Part shown: in pieces, positions 12,443-25,940 of the stretch
Numbering within the stretch: the stretch's first letter is position 1
How the letters are laid out: each line of letters begins with the position of its first letter
Source of the DNA: Klebsormidium nitens
Taxonomy: Eukaryota > Plantae > Klebsormidiophyceae
NCBI GenBank assembly: GCA_000708835.1
Contig: DF237372.1
Span: 16,612-80,611, forward strand
DNA length: 64,000 nucleotides
Direction of reading: 5' to 3'
Position numbers and translations under genes: made by a program
The notes under the pieces: model-generated
Told to the model about the DNA's origin: nothing
Databases searched by the model: none
The model's input: only the letters and a program-made list of their open reading frames with translations

Positions 12443-12576
12443 TTAGGGTTTGGGTCCTAGGGTTTTGCTGCTTTCCAGCCCCGACCACCCGAACCCGAAA
12501 TTTCGGTATCCCGGGCTCAATGGCGCTTCCCAGGTTTGAATACATCAGGTCTGATATGCGACCGGTCGTTGGCCCA
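12443..12576 (-). promoter_or_regulatory. Two telo-boxes plus a site II element upstream of eIF(iso)4G
   Basis: AAACCCTAA (12443-12451) and AAAACCCTAG (12457-12466) on the minus strand; GGCCCA (TGGGCC on the minus strand) at 12571-12576. This combination is typical of plant translation-machinery genes. Confidence 0.5.
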
Positions 12577-14213
12577 AGAACCCGGGAGCAATCTCCGACC
12601 ATCATCATGCGCGCGCTCGAGAAACACTCCGAGACGAAGCTTTGAAGGAGAGGGCCGTTGAAATTTGTGAAACGAAGTGGACGGCTGCGCTACAGCTAGA
12701 GCCGCCCTCGCACGTCAAGGCATGCATGCGAAGATTGCCTTCTTTCCCGATCAAACTTCTCCTGGATTTCTCTTATGAAGAGAGGAAACTTGTGCGAGAG
12801 TTTTGGTCACATGAGCGGGGTAGAGCGCGTCTAAAGCGCCCGTGCAATTGCTGCACCAATTCCCTTGGGCCTTGGCGGCTTGCTCTTGAGATTCGATCAA
12901 GTTCCTGGAGGCTGAAGCTGTAGGCTGTACGGTAGCAGGCAGGTTTGTCTGGCCAGGGGTTTGCCGCCAAAGCGCAGTTATTCGGGAATTAGGTTGAAGT
13001 AGGCGCTTCCCTCACACCAATGTCTAGTGAAAAGAGTTTGCTTGCAAGGCCGTCACAGGCACAGCCTGTCGAAAAAAGGAACATCTGATGCTGCCTAACT
13101 TGAGCAGAAGGCAATGGAGGGCCCTTGGGGCCTGCAGTCCGTCACTTCAGGCTGAAACAGGGGCGTATAAGTCTGAGGGTTGCATGGGGAACATCAGAGT
13201 GACCATGCCAAATTGAGAAAGTACGTACCCGACCATCATGAAAAGACTCCAGAAGAACGAAAGTCGGTCAAGCAGACTTTGCACATAGCACGGTAATCTG
13301 AGAGGATCCACTGCAGGTGGAACACATTTGACACCATCGCATGCAGCCTGACCTTTATGGTTGGCCACATTTTCTTAGAGTACGTTCAAGCCTAGGCAGT
13401 AGCAGCTTAGCAATTTGTCTCAATCAATGAAGGCAGTGATTAATGGGGGCAGCTTGGAGCTTAGCTGACAAAGTCTAGCTCAATTCGCACAACCATCAGT
13501 GGAAGCACCCTTGCCAGGCCTGGGCCATTTAGGAAGTTCCTCCTCCTGGGGAAAATTTGCTTGGGATTGCTCATCATTAGCATCAAGGTCCGCAAACAGG
13601 CGTGCTCTGGAGGGCCAACTATGAAACAATGTGAGTACCTGGATCAGAACATAAGCAGCACAAAAAGATATACCGTCATACTCTGAGGCCGCGCGTAGTT
13701 ATCCTACTTGAAATAGGATTTAACAAACACTTTAGGAATGCAGGAGGAAGCCGTCCTTGAGATGAACGTTTACACAAGAGCTTTAACCATTCCGATATGA
13801 ATCGAGCTAGTACATCCAGTGCAAGAATCAAAATCGGCAACAGATTCTGGCCACAGATTTACAAACAGAACGACTTTGCCACCCATACTGAATGGAATGT
13901 CCAGTGGTTATGTCCCTGCACAAGGAGCTCTGGTAAACAATGGTTAATCCATATGAAGTTTGGTGAAGAGAAATCTAACGTAGAGGAAGAAACAAAATAA
14001 GGCATGTACATTACGTGTACACACCACTGTGGGCACGTGATCAGGGCGAGCTCTCTTTGATGCAGCAGCAGCTTATTACCCGCTCGTAACATCGTTCTCG
14101 ACCAAGACTTTCAAACACTAAGCAACTTGAATAGCAGCGCAGAGTAGTCAACAAGATAGAATATCAAAAGGAGGGGGACTGAAATACCAAAAAACTCAAC
14201 GATGTTCTCACAG

Positions 14214-17200
14214 GGACCCCGCATCCGCGCCACTGACGCCCCACTCCCTGCCTCCCTCGGGGCCTGGGAAAAGCACTGTCCGCAGCAGTCGTTCGCGGAA
14301 GAGAGGTCCCGAGATGACAATGTATGCCACGTCACCCCCCGGGGCGTCCCACCGGTCGATGGGGATCATGCAGGTAACGACTTGCTGTTTTGTATGAAAC
14401 AACTCCTGCCAGCCTTGAGAGAAAAGTTTGAAGAACCACCGATCAATGGAGATCAGGCAGGTCACATCGGGCCAGTCTGTTTGTTGAGAAGCAATCTTTG
14501 TTTTGGGAGCAAAAGTTTGGAGTCTTAAACAGAGATGGACGTGCCACCGGTCAACGGGGATCCTGCAGGTTACGACCTACCCACACATAGGTTTGAGAGG
14601 TTTCAAGGGGATCCGAGACGTTATTTGCGACGAGTTCGCCAGGCTTGAAGAGACTGTGAATAAGTCAAAGGAGATGGGGAGACGTTGTTCTCCGCTGATC
14701 TCCTCAGATTCCTTCGACATGTTTTGAAATCATCATGTTGCTTGACTACAAACGGACTGCCAGATTGTGAAAGAGCTGCACAAAATTTGTGCAACATTCT
14801 CAATCTCGTGAAAATCAAGTAGACCGTGTGCTGATATGTACAAGCACGAACGGTCTCTTGCAGGAGCTACAGAAATACATCGCGCATGTGGAGAGCCTTG
14901 CGGCGCACCGCAAAATGGAAATCGAGAAGCTCAACGAGGAGAAGCGGGACCTGGAAAAGGTGGAAGAGTGATCTCGTTTCAGTTTCTGCTTCTGGAGTCG
15001 TTGAATTGGGGGGGTAGTTTCGAGGTTTGGTAAGAAATTGCTTATGAAGCTGGATCGAAGACAAACATCCGCAGGACCTGGAAAAGACAAGGGGAATGTA
15101 CCCGTCCTGGTTTTTGAGTTTTATTTCTGAAGTCGTTGGTTTCGTATGGTGCCTTTGAGGCTCAGCAGAAAATGGATGTGTAAATAGGACAAAGCAAAAC
15201 ATGATAAAGATGTCTTCTGCTGCCACCTCAAACGTTGCTATTTATCATGTCTTCTGCTGCCACCTCAAACGCTGCTGTAGGTAAGAAGCGCCAGTGTGCT
15301 CCTTCTTGGAATCAGAAAGTGTCAAAACTTGCCGGCAGCTCTGCAACTCCCTCTTTTCGTGCTTCTTTTATTCGTGTCTCTCGATCCCTCGGCATCCCTG
15401 GAACGTTACGCTGACATTACTCGGAAACAGCAAGGCGCGGTCCCGCTCTACCCGGCATCTTTTTCTCATTTCACCGTGCGTCCAAGCTGGCTGCATGATG
15501 ACAGGCACCACAACCCACCTCCTAAACTACATTTCTGCGGCTGATCCCGCTTCTTACTGCCTGGGGCGGCTCTACGGTCGTGACAATCCAATCAAGTCAC
15601 GCCTTGGAACCAATTTCCAACCCCCCCAGTGTGTTGCTAACCCGTCCTTTAACCCATCCTCGCAGCTGATGCGCCTGCCGACTGACCGTCCGGCTCTGCT
15701 TAAGGCACCAGCTATCGGTGACATCAGAGGGGACGAGCCGTCACAAGTCAAGTTCCTGCTGGAGGACATCCGGGTGCTCAAGGTTGGTCACCAATCCGAT
15801 GACTTCGCTAAACCGAGTTTCCTCGACATGACCTCGAACACAGAGTCTCTTTCTCTTTGGTGAGTTATCAGGGAACGTTTCGCGGAGGGCGTGCAGGAAT
15901 GCAAGACAAACTTTGTCCCGTTAACCCGTTCCCTCTTCTTTGTTGTGTGTTCTTTGCTCTTTGACGACACGGTAAGCAGGTTGAGATTTGCTGCTGCACA
16001 GCTTGTAGTGCTTAAAACAGAAACAGGACGAAAATAGCCCCGGCATGGAATCTCTTTCTAAACTGCCAACCTTTCGAACGAAACCAATCATTCTAAGCTA
16101 CGGGAGCGGTCGACGAAACACTTCTGATAGAAGTCAGTTGTCCCACAAGTGCTCAACTGGATCACATGATCGAATTTGGCGCTTATTGAACACTTCGGTC
16201 GATTATCGGTTACGTCTTGCACCTAAACTCAGCGCTTCAATGTGAAGACTCTCGGCACTTGTAACCAGTGGAATCGTCGCAACAGGCACATTATATCAGC
16301 GGACGAAGTAAAGGCTCAGTCGGGTGCGCTGAAAGCTGTTCCCGCCGTCGTGCGGAAGGTAGCAATTCGAAATACTTCACGTAACAACCAGAAAAGGTCC
16401 ACCAGAAACGGTGCTTCCTCTCCAACTGCTTCCATCAATCGGGCCCCCTTTCCGTTTCGCTTCTAGGACAAAGGGCGGAAGTAAAAGGAACAGTTGCAAA
16501 AGAGCGGCCTGCCAACAATCCGCAGAAGCAGAGTCGCAAAGTAACGTTCCAGGACCAATTTGCGACATTTGGGGCTACTACAAGTCCCTCGCTCTCTGAC
16601 GAATAAGATTTCCTTTTGCACGCAGGATCGCTGGCGAAAGAACAAAGAGGGGTCACACGGCGCCTTACGCCAAAGTGTGTACAAACAGAACAGGACCGAT
16701 TTGGGACGCTCGAGGGTGTTCATAGGAATGTCTCATCTTGTAATGATTGACTCTTTCTCCTCTTCGCAGGACCGCGTGCGAAAGTACAAAGAACGGTCGC
16801 AAAGCGGCGACCGCCAAGTGGCCGCACAGCAGAACCATATACTGAGGTTACAAGACCGGGTCGCGACGCTGGAGGGCAGTCTCCAGATGGCCAATCGAAC
16901 CGAGACGCAGATCAGCGAAGAGCAACGGCTGGCTGGGGAGGTGGAAAGCAAGGACAAGGAGATCCGGGTAAGATCGCCTGTTAGATTTTTATGCTTCCAT
17001 ATTTTGCTCGCACCTTGTTACGCCTAGGCGCTTAGAGCTGTTTCTGCTGATACTACGAGACATTCCCCTTTCTTTTCTGGTCCCGTTAAGTATTCCCTTC
17101 CTGCTCTTATGTCCCGTCTTCTTGGAAGCATCTTCGCGTCGCCCTTGAGACAGCACGTTTAGGCTTTCTTCCCATTGCTGTGGGCGTTCCTCGCGAGTAC

Positions 17201-20200
17201 TTACACAAAGGCGCTGCTGTCGTTCACGGCCACTTCTGCGAAGTCTCGACGCTACAAACGACGTACAAGGACGTGTCACCTAGAAGGTCATGCCCGGGGA
17301 CAGGGTTCGGTTAGCCTGACGCTTAGGATTGGGTGCGGGTGCGGGGCGCGTGAAAGCTGTACTTACAATGGTCAATTTGAACAAGTCGATCTTCTTTCTC
17401 GTTTGATTGGAACTTAATGTCGATAAGAAGCCACCAAGCTTCTTTCAGGACATAACAGATTCTGCTCTGTCATTCAAGTTAACAGCAAAATAATCATCGT
17501 CAATGGGAAGTCAAACGTGAATTCACTTCAGCCCTTGCACTCGATACCTTTCTACTGAGAGATGTTGAAAGCATAACATTCACGAGTAGTCGCGCGCGGC
17601 CTTTGCAGGACTTGCGCGACAAGGTGCAGATCGCGCAGCGCTCGCGCGAGGCCGACGCGCGCCGGCACAAAATCGAGGCGCAGGAGCTGCGCAAGGAGAG
17701 CGCGGGCCTCAAGAAGGAGGTCGCGCGGCTCACCGCGGAACTAGAGGTGAGAGATTTGCAGACTCTCAGTTTCGTTATAGTTGCTTTTCCAGTGCTTCTA
17801 CTAAGAGTTTGCCTTTCTTCGCCAGGGTCATGAAGCAGACATTTCATAGTGGTGCACTCAACTTCGATGGTTTGATTTTCCTGGGGGGATGTGAAAACCG
17901 GTTGAGAAAAAGAAGATACCGGAGGGGTACCCGGGTTTGTTCCCCCAAGTCTCCTTTGCATCAGGCTCTTATGCTTTGTTTGTTTTGCTGCGGCATCAGC
18001 AAGCCAAGTTCTAAATCCTTGCTTCAAAGCTAAGATTTCATCCTCAAGAGATGGGAAATGTGCTCTTGCGGCCAGAAACGTCTCCACGAAGCCATTTCCA
18101 CTTCGCATCCTCCAATTGTGAGAGCCCTTTACGTTCTATTTCGTTGACAAGAACGAGTCAAGGCTCTTCTGGTTGCCACTTCTAGAGAGAAGTTCACAAA
18201 AACACTCTGATTGCCTCGCTGGCACCAATACGTGTTCAAACGAAATTGTCGCGATTCAGTGATTGAAGTGGATCACTACGTTCCCTAGTCACACCAATCT
18301 GCCTGTTACCCAGATTTTGTTTGAGTGAACCGTTTCCGTTCCGTTTGCAGGAACGGAACAAGGAGATCCGGATGGACGCGATGAAGATCCGCTCCCTTCG
18401 CAAGAAGCTGGACCCCATCAAGCGCCAGCTTAACCAGGTGGTTAACCAGAACCCGGTTACGGGTGACCCGGAAACCTACAGCCCGACCGCGTCGGTGAAC
18501 GGCCCTCTCCCGCCACTAACCGACGGCGACTACTCCCTCGCTAACCCGGGTTTCGACTTCTCGGGGCACGATAGCCCCCGGGATGGAACTGGGTTAGAGA
18601 GCGCGGTTAGCTTGACCCCGGGGAGCATGCGGGAGGAACTGAGAAGGCTACAGGCGCTGTGCCAAACACAGCAAGCGAAGCTGGCACGGTTAGCGGGCGG
18701 AGAACCAGGGGTGGAGGAAAACGGGTCAGGGGCCGGGTTAAGGAAGGACGTTAGCCAGGACGAGGCTGCGGTTCTGATTCAAAAGGCGCTGCGAGGTTAC
18801 GCGGAACGCAAGAACTACGTCAGGCAGAAGTCAGCAGCGATGAGGATCCAGGCGCAGCTACGGGGCCACCAGGTTAGGAAGAGGTTAAAGCAGCAGGCCT
18901 CCGACCGGGCACTTAACCCGGAAAGTCTGCCCGTTACTCCCTCCGGGGATAAGGGGACCGGAGAGGCAGGCGACCAAGCTGGATTGAAGCTGAACGTATT
19001 GGATGGGGGTGAAGACGAGCGGGTTTCGGATAACCGTGAAGGCGAGATTAGCCCAGGACCAAGCCCAACGAAGGAGGTTCTGCAATTAAGGTTAGTACAT
19101 AACCACCCCGGGTGACACATCTGAAGGATCCACTTCTTACAAGCAAAGCACAATGATTATTTTTGGTCCTTTCAACCGTTTGTTTTCTGTTCGTCTCGGA
19201 GTAAAAGCTTGGCCAACTGTTCGTGCAGTTCAGAATTAGGAGCTTCCTTAAAGGCGTGCTTTGTGTGAAACTCTTGAGCGTTTAGTGAGTTAGTACCTGA
19301 CCGTTCCATTTTGAATTGCTAGTTGCCGTTTCGAAAAGGAAGCTGTAAGCGAAGTGTGCCAAGATGTCAAGCTTGTGGAGGTTTAGGTTCTTCGGAGCAC
19401 AACTGCTTCTTCTGAAAGTCGTCCGCGGAGTTCAATGTTTTACAATTCGAAGACAAGCCAAGTCGGATTTGGATTAGGGGACCGCGAAAGAGAGCTCCGA
19501 TGGGCTCTTTTCGATACAATCCGTGTTTCTTATACTAATACCGTTGAGAGAATGTCCCTCTGCAACGGACTTATCTTTGGGGAACAAAATCAGAGACGCG
19601 AGTCAAGCGCAGTTACTAACTTTGAGGGCCGGAACTAAGCGACATCAGTGCGAGACACCAAGATGTCCAGTTAACCAAGGTCATTTAACCGCCTTATCGC
19701 GGGCGGTCCAGTGCCACATCCCGCAACCCAAGCGCCTCTTCACCAAGGGGGGCCCGCTAACCACAAAATTCCCCCTCCTAAACGCACGTCCTCCAGTGCC
19801 ACTTCTGGCAACCCAAGCGTCTCGATTTAAACCAGTTTGATCAGGCGATACCTTTCCACAGGTATAGCCGGCCCTTTAGTGCTACGAGTGGCAACTCGAG
19901 CGTCTCTTCTTAAACCCAGGTCCGTTAAACCGTAGTTTTCCGCCCTTCTTGCAGGCAATCCAGTGCCACGTCTGGCACTCCAACCAGGGCCGGGTCAAAG
20001 ACACCGGTGGGAAAGCCCGCCAGCCGGGACTCTCCCCATGGTACGTTCCAAATCATTCCGTTTAGATCTCTGGAGTTTCGTTCCTGATCAGTCGTCGTCA
20101 CTTGTTTTGCTTCGCGCTTGACCGTATCGAGCGGCAGCGACTCTTTTTACGGTACGTTTGAATGGAAACTTCCGTTCCGTTCAGCTCCGTACCACGCAGT

Positions 20201-21456
20201 CCTTCGGTCCTCCTTCCTCATGTATGTTCCAAAGTTCGCTGAATTCAGCGGCCGAACAATCCCCTGACGGTAACTTCTCAGTCACAGATTCCGTTCCGCT
20301 CGGCTTCGTTGACATTCCGTTCATCTGTCCTTGTTCCTCCTTATCATTCAAGTCTTGCTCTATCCTGCAACTGCTGGGGGCGGAAAGACTGACTCGGAAT
20401 GCCCCTCACTGCAATCATCGTTAAGCTTTCGCGTTGCTTTCTAGTCCGCCTGCAAAGCCGACTCAACTCCCGTCGCTGATTGGTTCCTCAATTTGTCAGA
20501 GTCACCTGGAGTCCAGATTGATTACCAAGCGGAATCACTCGGACTCTTCCATCCCTGTCGAAGGTTCTCGGACACTCCTTGTCATTTGTCATACGGACCG
20601 AGGCAAGCATACAGAAGGTCCCCTTCGTTTGGCAATCAGTCTGGTGCAACTCTGAGACAGTGCCGGATGACCGATGATACTCTTTTCGTTCATGATGTTT
20701 ACATTTCTGAGAAAGGTTTTCTTTTCGCAAATGGCACGGAATGCAGCGCAGAAGTCGGTTCGTTGGACGTAAGACAACTGGCTCCGAGTTCTCAAAGGAA
20801 TCTTTGTCACTGCGGCCGATTCTGCTTATCCCTTTCAATTCGTTCCGTTTCTTTGACTGCGATTCGCTTGAACCTGTTCGAGTCGCTTCACACGCCTGAT
20901 CCGTTCCCTCAGGATGCCTAATATGCAACGGGACGAAATTGATGACCCTTCTCATGTTTCCTTTACATTCCTCTGAAAGGCATGGAAGTGCCTCTTTTTC
21001 CCGCTGGAATCTGATGGTGCGGGGCCTTCTTGTCCATCAGACGGAGTCGCCTTTCCTGCAGCGGGCTCATTCACTCTTGTGCATGTAGATTCGCCTTCAA
21101 GGTCGTCTTTTGCCCTTGCAATTCTCCCTTTGGGAATCTGATCACTGGTTCGCTAATGCTTCTTCATTGATTGGTCAAATTGCGCCTCACGAAGTCGCCA
21201 ATCTTTCAGAGCCAACTCTTTCCCCACCACGCTTTCTTAATGGGCTTCAAGAAACAATCGCGCCTCTTGCTCACTAACCACGTGGTTACGGAGCTCTTTT
21301 ACGTGACATAAAAACCTTTCTTCCGACTTTGCAGGCCCGATGAAGAGGAGCCCGAGCAGCAACGGCCGGAACTCGCCTACCGTGAAGAGAGGGGCCCCCG
21401 GGGAAAGCCATTTCAGCAATCCCAGCCCGCGACCCAAAGCTTCCAAGGCCCTATGA
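14214..21456 (+). CDS. Lebercilin (LCA5)-like coiled-coil protein with two IQ motifs; 5' end uncertain
   Basis: Phase-consistent exons 14214-14373, 14864-14959, 15666-15782, 16770-16967, 17609-17746, 18351-19090, 19955-20040, 21335-21456 (TGA), about 550 aa. Spliced EDIRVLKDRVRKYKER and VESKDKEIRDLRDKVQIAQRSREADARRHK...ELEERNKEIR resemble the lebercilin domain as I recall it. IQKALRGYAER and IQAQLRGHQVR (18765-18890) are IQ motifs. Confidence 0.75.
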
Positions 21457-21930
21457 TAAGTTGTCAAGGCGCTATTATAAGCAGGTCATTTGATGCTGGG
21501 GTTTCGTCATGCAGAACACGCACGGTCTCATAGGTGATGGAAGGGCTTCAGCCCGCGACCAAAGCTTCCAAAGCCCTATGAGGAGGTCATGTAATTGTTC
21601 GTGATCTTCGTAACAATGAAAACATTAAGCACGTGATAGGCCGTATGGCTTGCCGGAGGGCTCCTATCAGCATTCAAGAGCTTCCGAGGCCCTATAGGCA
21701 AGTCACATGATATTAGATGGGGGTTCGGGCTTGCACAATAAGCACTGGTGCGTGAAAGGGCCTCAAAGGGTATTAAACGGCCACGTCCTGAAGCCGTCAA
21801 GGCTCGGGCGATGAGCAGGTCAAGTACAGATTGGGGTTCGTGCTGTTGACCATTTCTTTGCGGGCGCTTCATAAATAGCGCGTGCCATTGAGGTGTGATT
21901 GAAGTTGTCTGAAAGGCAGTTGAAAGCGGT

Positions 21931-24900
21931 TTATTCATGTGGGGGTTTGTTGATCACGCCTCCGGCCTGAAGAACTGGACGTATCTTGGCAGACGTTTCT
22001 TGAAGTCCCTCGGTGTACGTCTGAGCACGACGGCCGATCAGTATACTAAAAGCAATTTGATCAAGTATTAGATGACCCTGGACCAAGCAATTGGAGTCAC
22101 TGGGCCCCAACCGGAGTGTCGTGCAATTAAAGATACCCTTTTTCTCGCTGAAGTGGCGACGTGAATGTATCATGCAGCGCACTTAGAGTCCCTGCAACAC
22201 GACGGTTAGGACTCGTTCCTTGGGGCCCCAGGGGGCCGGCCCGCGTTCTGAAGAGGTACTGCCATGCAATAGCTGCCTATGGCTAACAAACTTCCCATGG
22301 CCGGGGTTGCACGCCTCGATCACGTCATGCCACAGCACGCGCGCACTGCCAAGATCGGTTTGGGAATCATGAAAATCCAGGATCCACCGATTGATGTCCC
22401 AAAACGGTGGCATGCTGCTGCCAGCAGCCAGATTCAAACGCCCAAGCTTTCCTCAACGTTTTGGTACGTGTCCTCAAGCTCTTCATTTAATGGGAGTCAG
22501 CTCTTCAACTCGCGGCTACATAAACTCTATTCAACGTGAGTCTAGCTAAAGTATGCGCCTATGGCTTTGGAGCTTGGAGGAGTCTAGTCGGACCGGACGA
22601 AAGTTTGCCAGTTGTGCAGTTGTGGTGCATATACAAACGGACTTCCCACTAGCTAGCGCCGGTCCTCCCGCGGGTCCCGCCGACCGCTGCGGGAGCAGCG
22701 GATGTGGCCGCCTCAGATAGACCTACGGATGTACGGATGATGCATATGGGGCGTTAAAAGAGCCCAGTCAACGGTCCGTACGTTGCGACACGGCGTGTAT
22801 AGAGTTACTTGAGAGCCAGACCAAGTTCACGTCTCATGNNNNNNNNNNNNNNNNNNNNNNNNNNNNNNNNNNNNNNNNNNNNNNNNNNNNNNNNNNNNNN
22901 NNNNNNNNNNNNNNNNNNNNNNNNNNNNNNNNNNNNNNNNNNNNNNNNNNNNNNNNNNNNNNNNNNNNNNNNNNNNNNNNNNNNNNNNNNNNNNNNNNNN
23001 NNNNNNNNNNNNNNNNNNNNNNNNNNNNNNNNNNNNNNNNNNNNNNNNNNNNNNNNNNNNNNNNNNNNNNNNNNNNNNNNNNNNNNNNNNNNNNNNNNNN
23101 NNNNNNNNNNNNNNNNNNNNNNNNNNNNNNNNNNNNNNNNNNNNNNNNNNNNNNNNNNNNNNNNNNNNNNNNNNNNNNNNNNNNNNNNNNNNNNNNNNNN
23201 NNNNNNNNNNNNNNNNNNNNNNNNNNNNNNNNNNNNNNNNNNNNNNNNNNNNNNNNNNNNNNNNNNNNNNNNNNNNNNNNNNNNNNNNNNNNNNNNNNNN
23301 NNNNNNNNNNNNNNNNNNNNNNNNNNNNNNNNNNNNNNNNNNNNNNNNNNNNNNNNNNNNNNNNNNNNNNNGTTCGGACTGCTTCAAAGTTTGATTTCAA
23401 GCTCTCTGAAATTTGAATGGTTGCCTTCAAGTTCTGGCACCTTCTTTCTAATCCAGATGAATTACCTAAAGCAGGATGTCCTCTGCAGAGGTAGCCGCTT
23501 ATCAAGAGGGCGCTCCAACATGTTCCAGCTCTTGGTTTGTCAGCATGCAGAATGCAGCAAGGGGAGGTGAACGTTCCGTGTGGATAGATACCAAGAAGCA
23601 GGGACATCTATACTTTTTCATACACGTTCAAAGCCTTTTGTCATCAACGCCGCCACGCGCCTTTTAAGGCTTGCGGATGCACCATATTTTCCAAGGTAAG
23701 CGTCAACCACCCGAGATACAAGTGCGATTAGAGATGCACAGATTGGTGGCGTTTTGAGAATACCAGATGACCTGAAATGTTCACGATGACTGCAAAGCAA
23801 CGGACCATCCATCCAGATCAAACATTAGCATTTGAGGAGATGTGGACTTTTGCAATTGCAGAGCAATGGACTTTCTAGATTGAACTTTTGGAGTTGAAAG
23901 CAAGAGGAAATTGACTGGGCCTACTTTTGTGATTGCTCCTCCGTTGAACTTGTAGCAAGAGAAATCCTCCTCATCAACCCTCTTGAAGTTGAATGAGAAA
24001 TGCCTTTCAATAACCTTTTGAAGATGAAAGCTTGTCCCAGGCACGATTGTGTTTCTCATCATTGCACATCTTGAGCAGTTGCAAAAAACTCGATCTGCCG
24101 GTTATTCTACAGCAATGCAAGTGAGAGATGTACAGATCGTAATGCAGCTTTCGTGCAACGTCCTTCAGCCAATCAAATCAAAAATTCTATGGATGTAATG
24201 CATAGTCACATTTTAGGCACGCTGATTGTTTAGAAAAAGCACAGGTTGGTGGGGCTTTTGTATCTGCTGACGATGTTCGTGCTGTACCATTCATTGCATT
24301 TGATCTTTCCAAAGAGGGAGTAAATAAAGCTCGCATATAGCTTTCTGGGGTAATCTTTCGCAGCATTCTGATTCTACATCCATCAGGGATTCCCCCAACA
24401 GCTTTTCCTCCCGCCTCTGAAATTCCTTACATGCGAGATTGCTCATTGGCCTGCGAAGCATGCAAAATCAGACTTTTAGGAAGGTCTTTCCAGATCAAGG
24501 CTGTACTATGGTTTTACTATCTGTGCACATTGTTGGATCCTTTTGGACTAGGAACTTTCAGAACTTAGTACCGTACAGATAAAGACTACACTGAGGTTGC
24601 CGAAATGAGTGCATATTGTCCGACGCCCCTTGAGAACAGCTTTCATCAAGTGCGTATTATGGTTCCCTGATCAGTCACATTGTTGATGCCCCTTTTAAGG
24701 CACTTAATAATATTTTGGTGGACAAGATCGATCAAGGGACAACCGTTTTGAGCTGTCACCGTCGATCTGAAGGTATATTTTGAACACCAGATGTTTTTCA
24801 GTGATGAACACAACATGACCGGACTGAAGTTGTTGATGTATTCAGAATCATCATCGCTAACACTGAAGGGTAGTCTCTTCTGTGTCCCAAAACCCCTGGT

Positions 24901-25940
24901 GCCTGATACTCTCGCTGGGTCAGACATTCTGCTGTACTGGGAACAAGAACCTGATTCGTAACAGCTTGTGTCAGCACGAAAGAGACAGCCAGATGGAGCT
25001 CCAAGAATCCCCGCCCGCTGGACACAAACATATTTTGGGGATTCTAGTGTCATTTCTTTCAGCATTTTGAAATTATCTTTCGTCATCTGATCTTTATTTT
25101 TCCTTCATGCAGGGAGCCCGGTGCCGCGCCCAGCAGCGTCGATCTTGACATGTGACTGATGATGTGACTGCGCAGCGCACCAGGATATCTGAGGTGCAGC
25201 CGATTTCTTCCCCTCGTTGGCGTGCTTAGATTTGTATTCTTCTGCTCTGCTTTTGAGAGGGCTTCCGATTTTGTTTCATCAACAAGGCTATGTATGTTCA
25301 GATTGCTGGGTTGATGGCTGATTGTTGAAGGTAGTCTCAGGGAAGACAAACAAAACTCTTGGCAGACCTGCAGGGAATGCTGATTGTTTGTCCCGTACTG
25401 GAAAGTGCATTGTCCTTGTGATACTTTTGGTCGCTAAGCTCTGCGGAGATTTCCAATGCTGAGTTCAGCATTCTTTTTGACCGCCTGAGACATCTGGCAA
25501 CATCAACAAGTCCATGGATTTGAGTTGTTTGCACTAAGTGCATTCCCTTGTGGAAGAGAGGTCCTGTCACCGACGAAAAAGGCAGCTGCAGTAGTCAAGC
25601 AAGTGCGGTTTAGACGGTTGCATCATTCCTGACCAAAGGGACCAAAAGACTCTTCAGAGGAAACATATGACTTTTAAGTGGATTTTAAACGGCCTTCACA
25701 ACAGATGGCTGATCGCCTTCCTCTACCTCTTAGCCCAAATCCAATAAGAAGTTCCCTGCGTAGAGTCTCTATGCTTTCAATAAACGCCACTCTGCCAGCA
25801 GTCAAATGTTCCTCGCAAGTTTGCTGGAGAGCTGACAATCGTTTTGACTTTCCATTCTCCCAGCAGTGCCGCAATCTGCTATGGAGGCAATCTACCCGAC
25901 TTTCTCCCAAGCCCAAACTGCCCCATGGAAGCTTCAAAAC
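21931..25940 (-). pseudogene. Fragmentary multi-exon coding remnants of unknown identity
   Basis: Several minus-strand ORF pieces with plausible splice sites (e.g. 23781-24062, 24646-25086, 25083-25349, 25674-25937). ORFs 22183-22437 and 21931-22182 share a frame and are separated by one stop. No family motif recognised. Confidence 0.25.
22839..23371. other. Assembly gap (N run)
   Basis: Run of n bases. Confidence 1.

Noticed and set aside
12267-12970. ORFs 12267-12608, 12642-12923 and 12773-12970 as separate genes
   Set aside because: No motifs or splice support; they overlap the probable shared promoter/5' UTR region.
19700-19980. CRISPR-like repeat/spacer appearance (also 26118-26530)
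   Set aside because: Repeats are degenerate, spacers are similar to each other, no cas genes, and the context is eukaryotic.
22809-23607. ORFs spanning N runs (also 34317-34906 and 51138-51608)
   Set aside because: Artefacts of translating assembly gaps.
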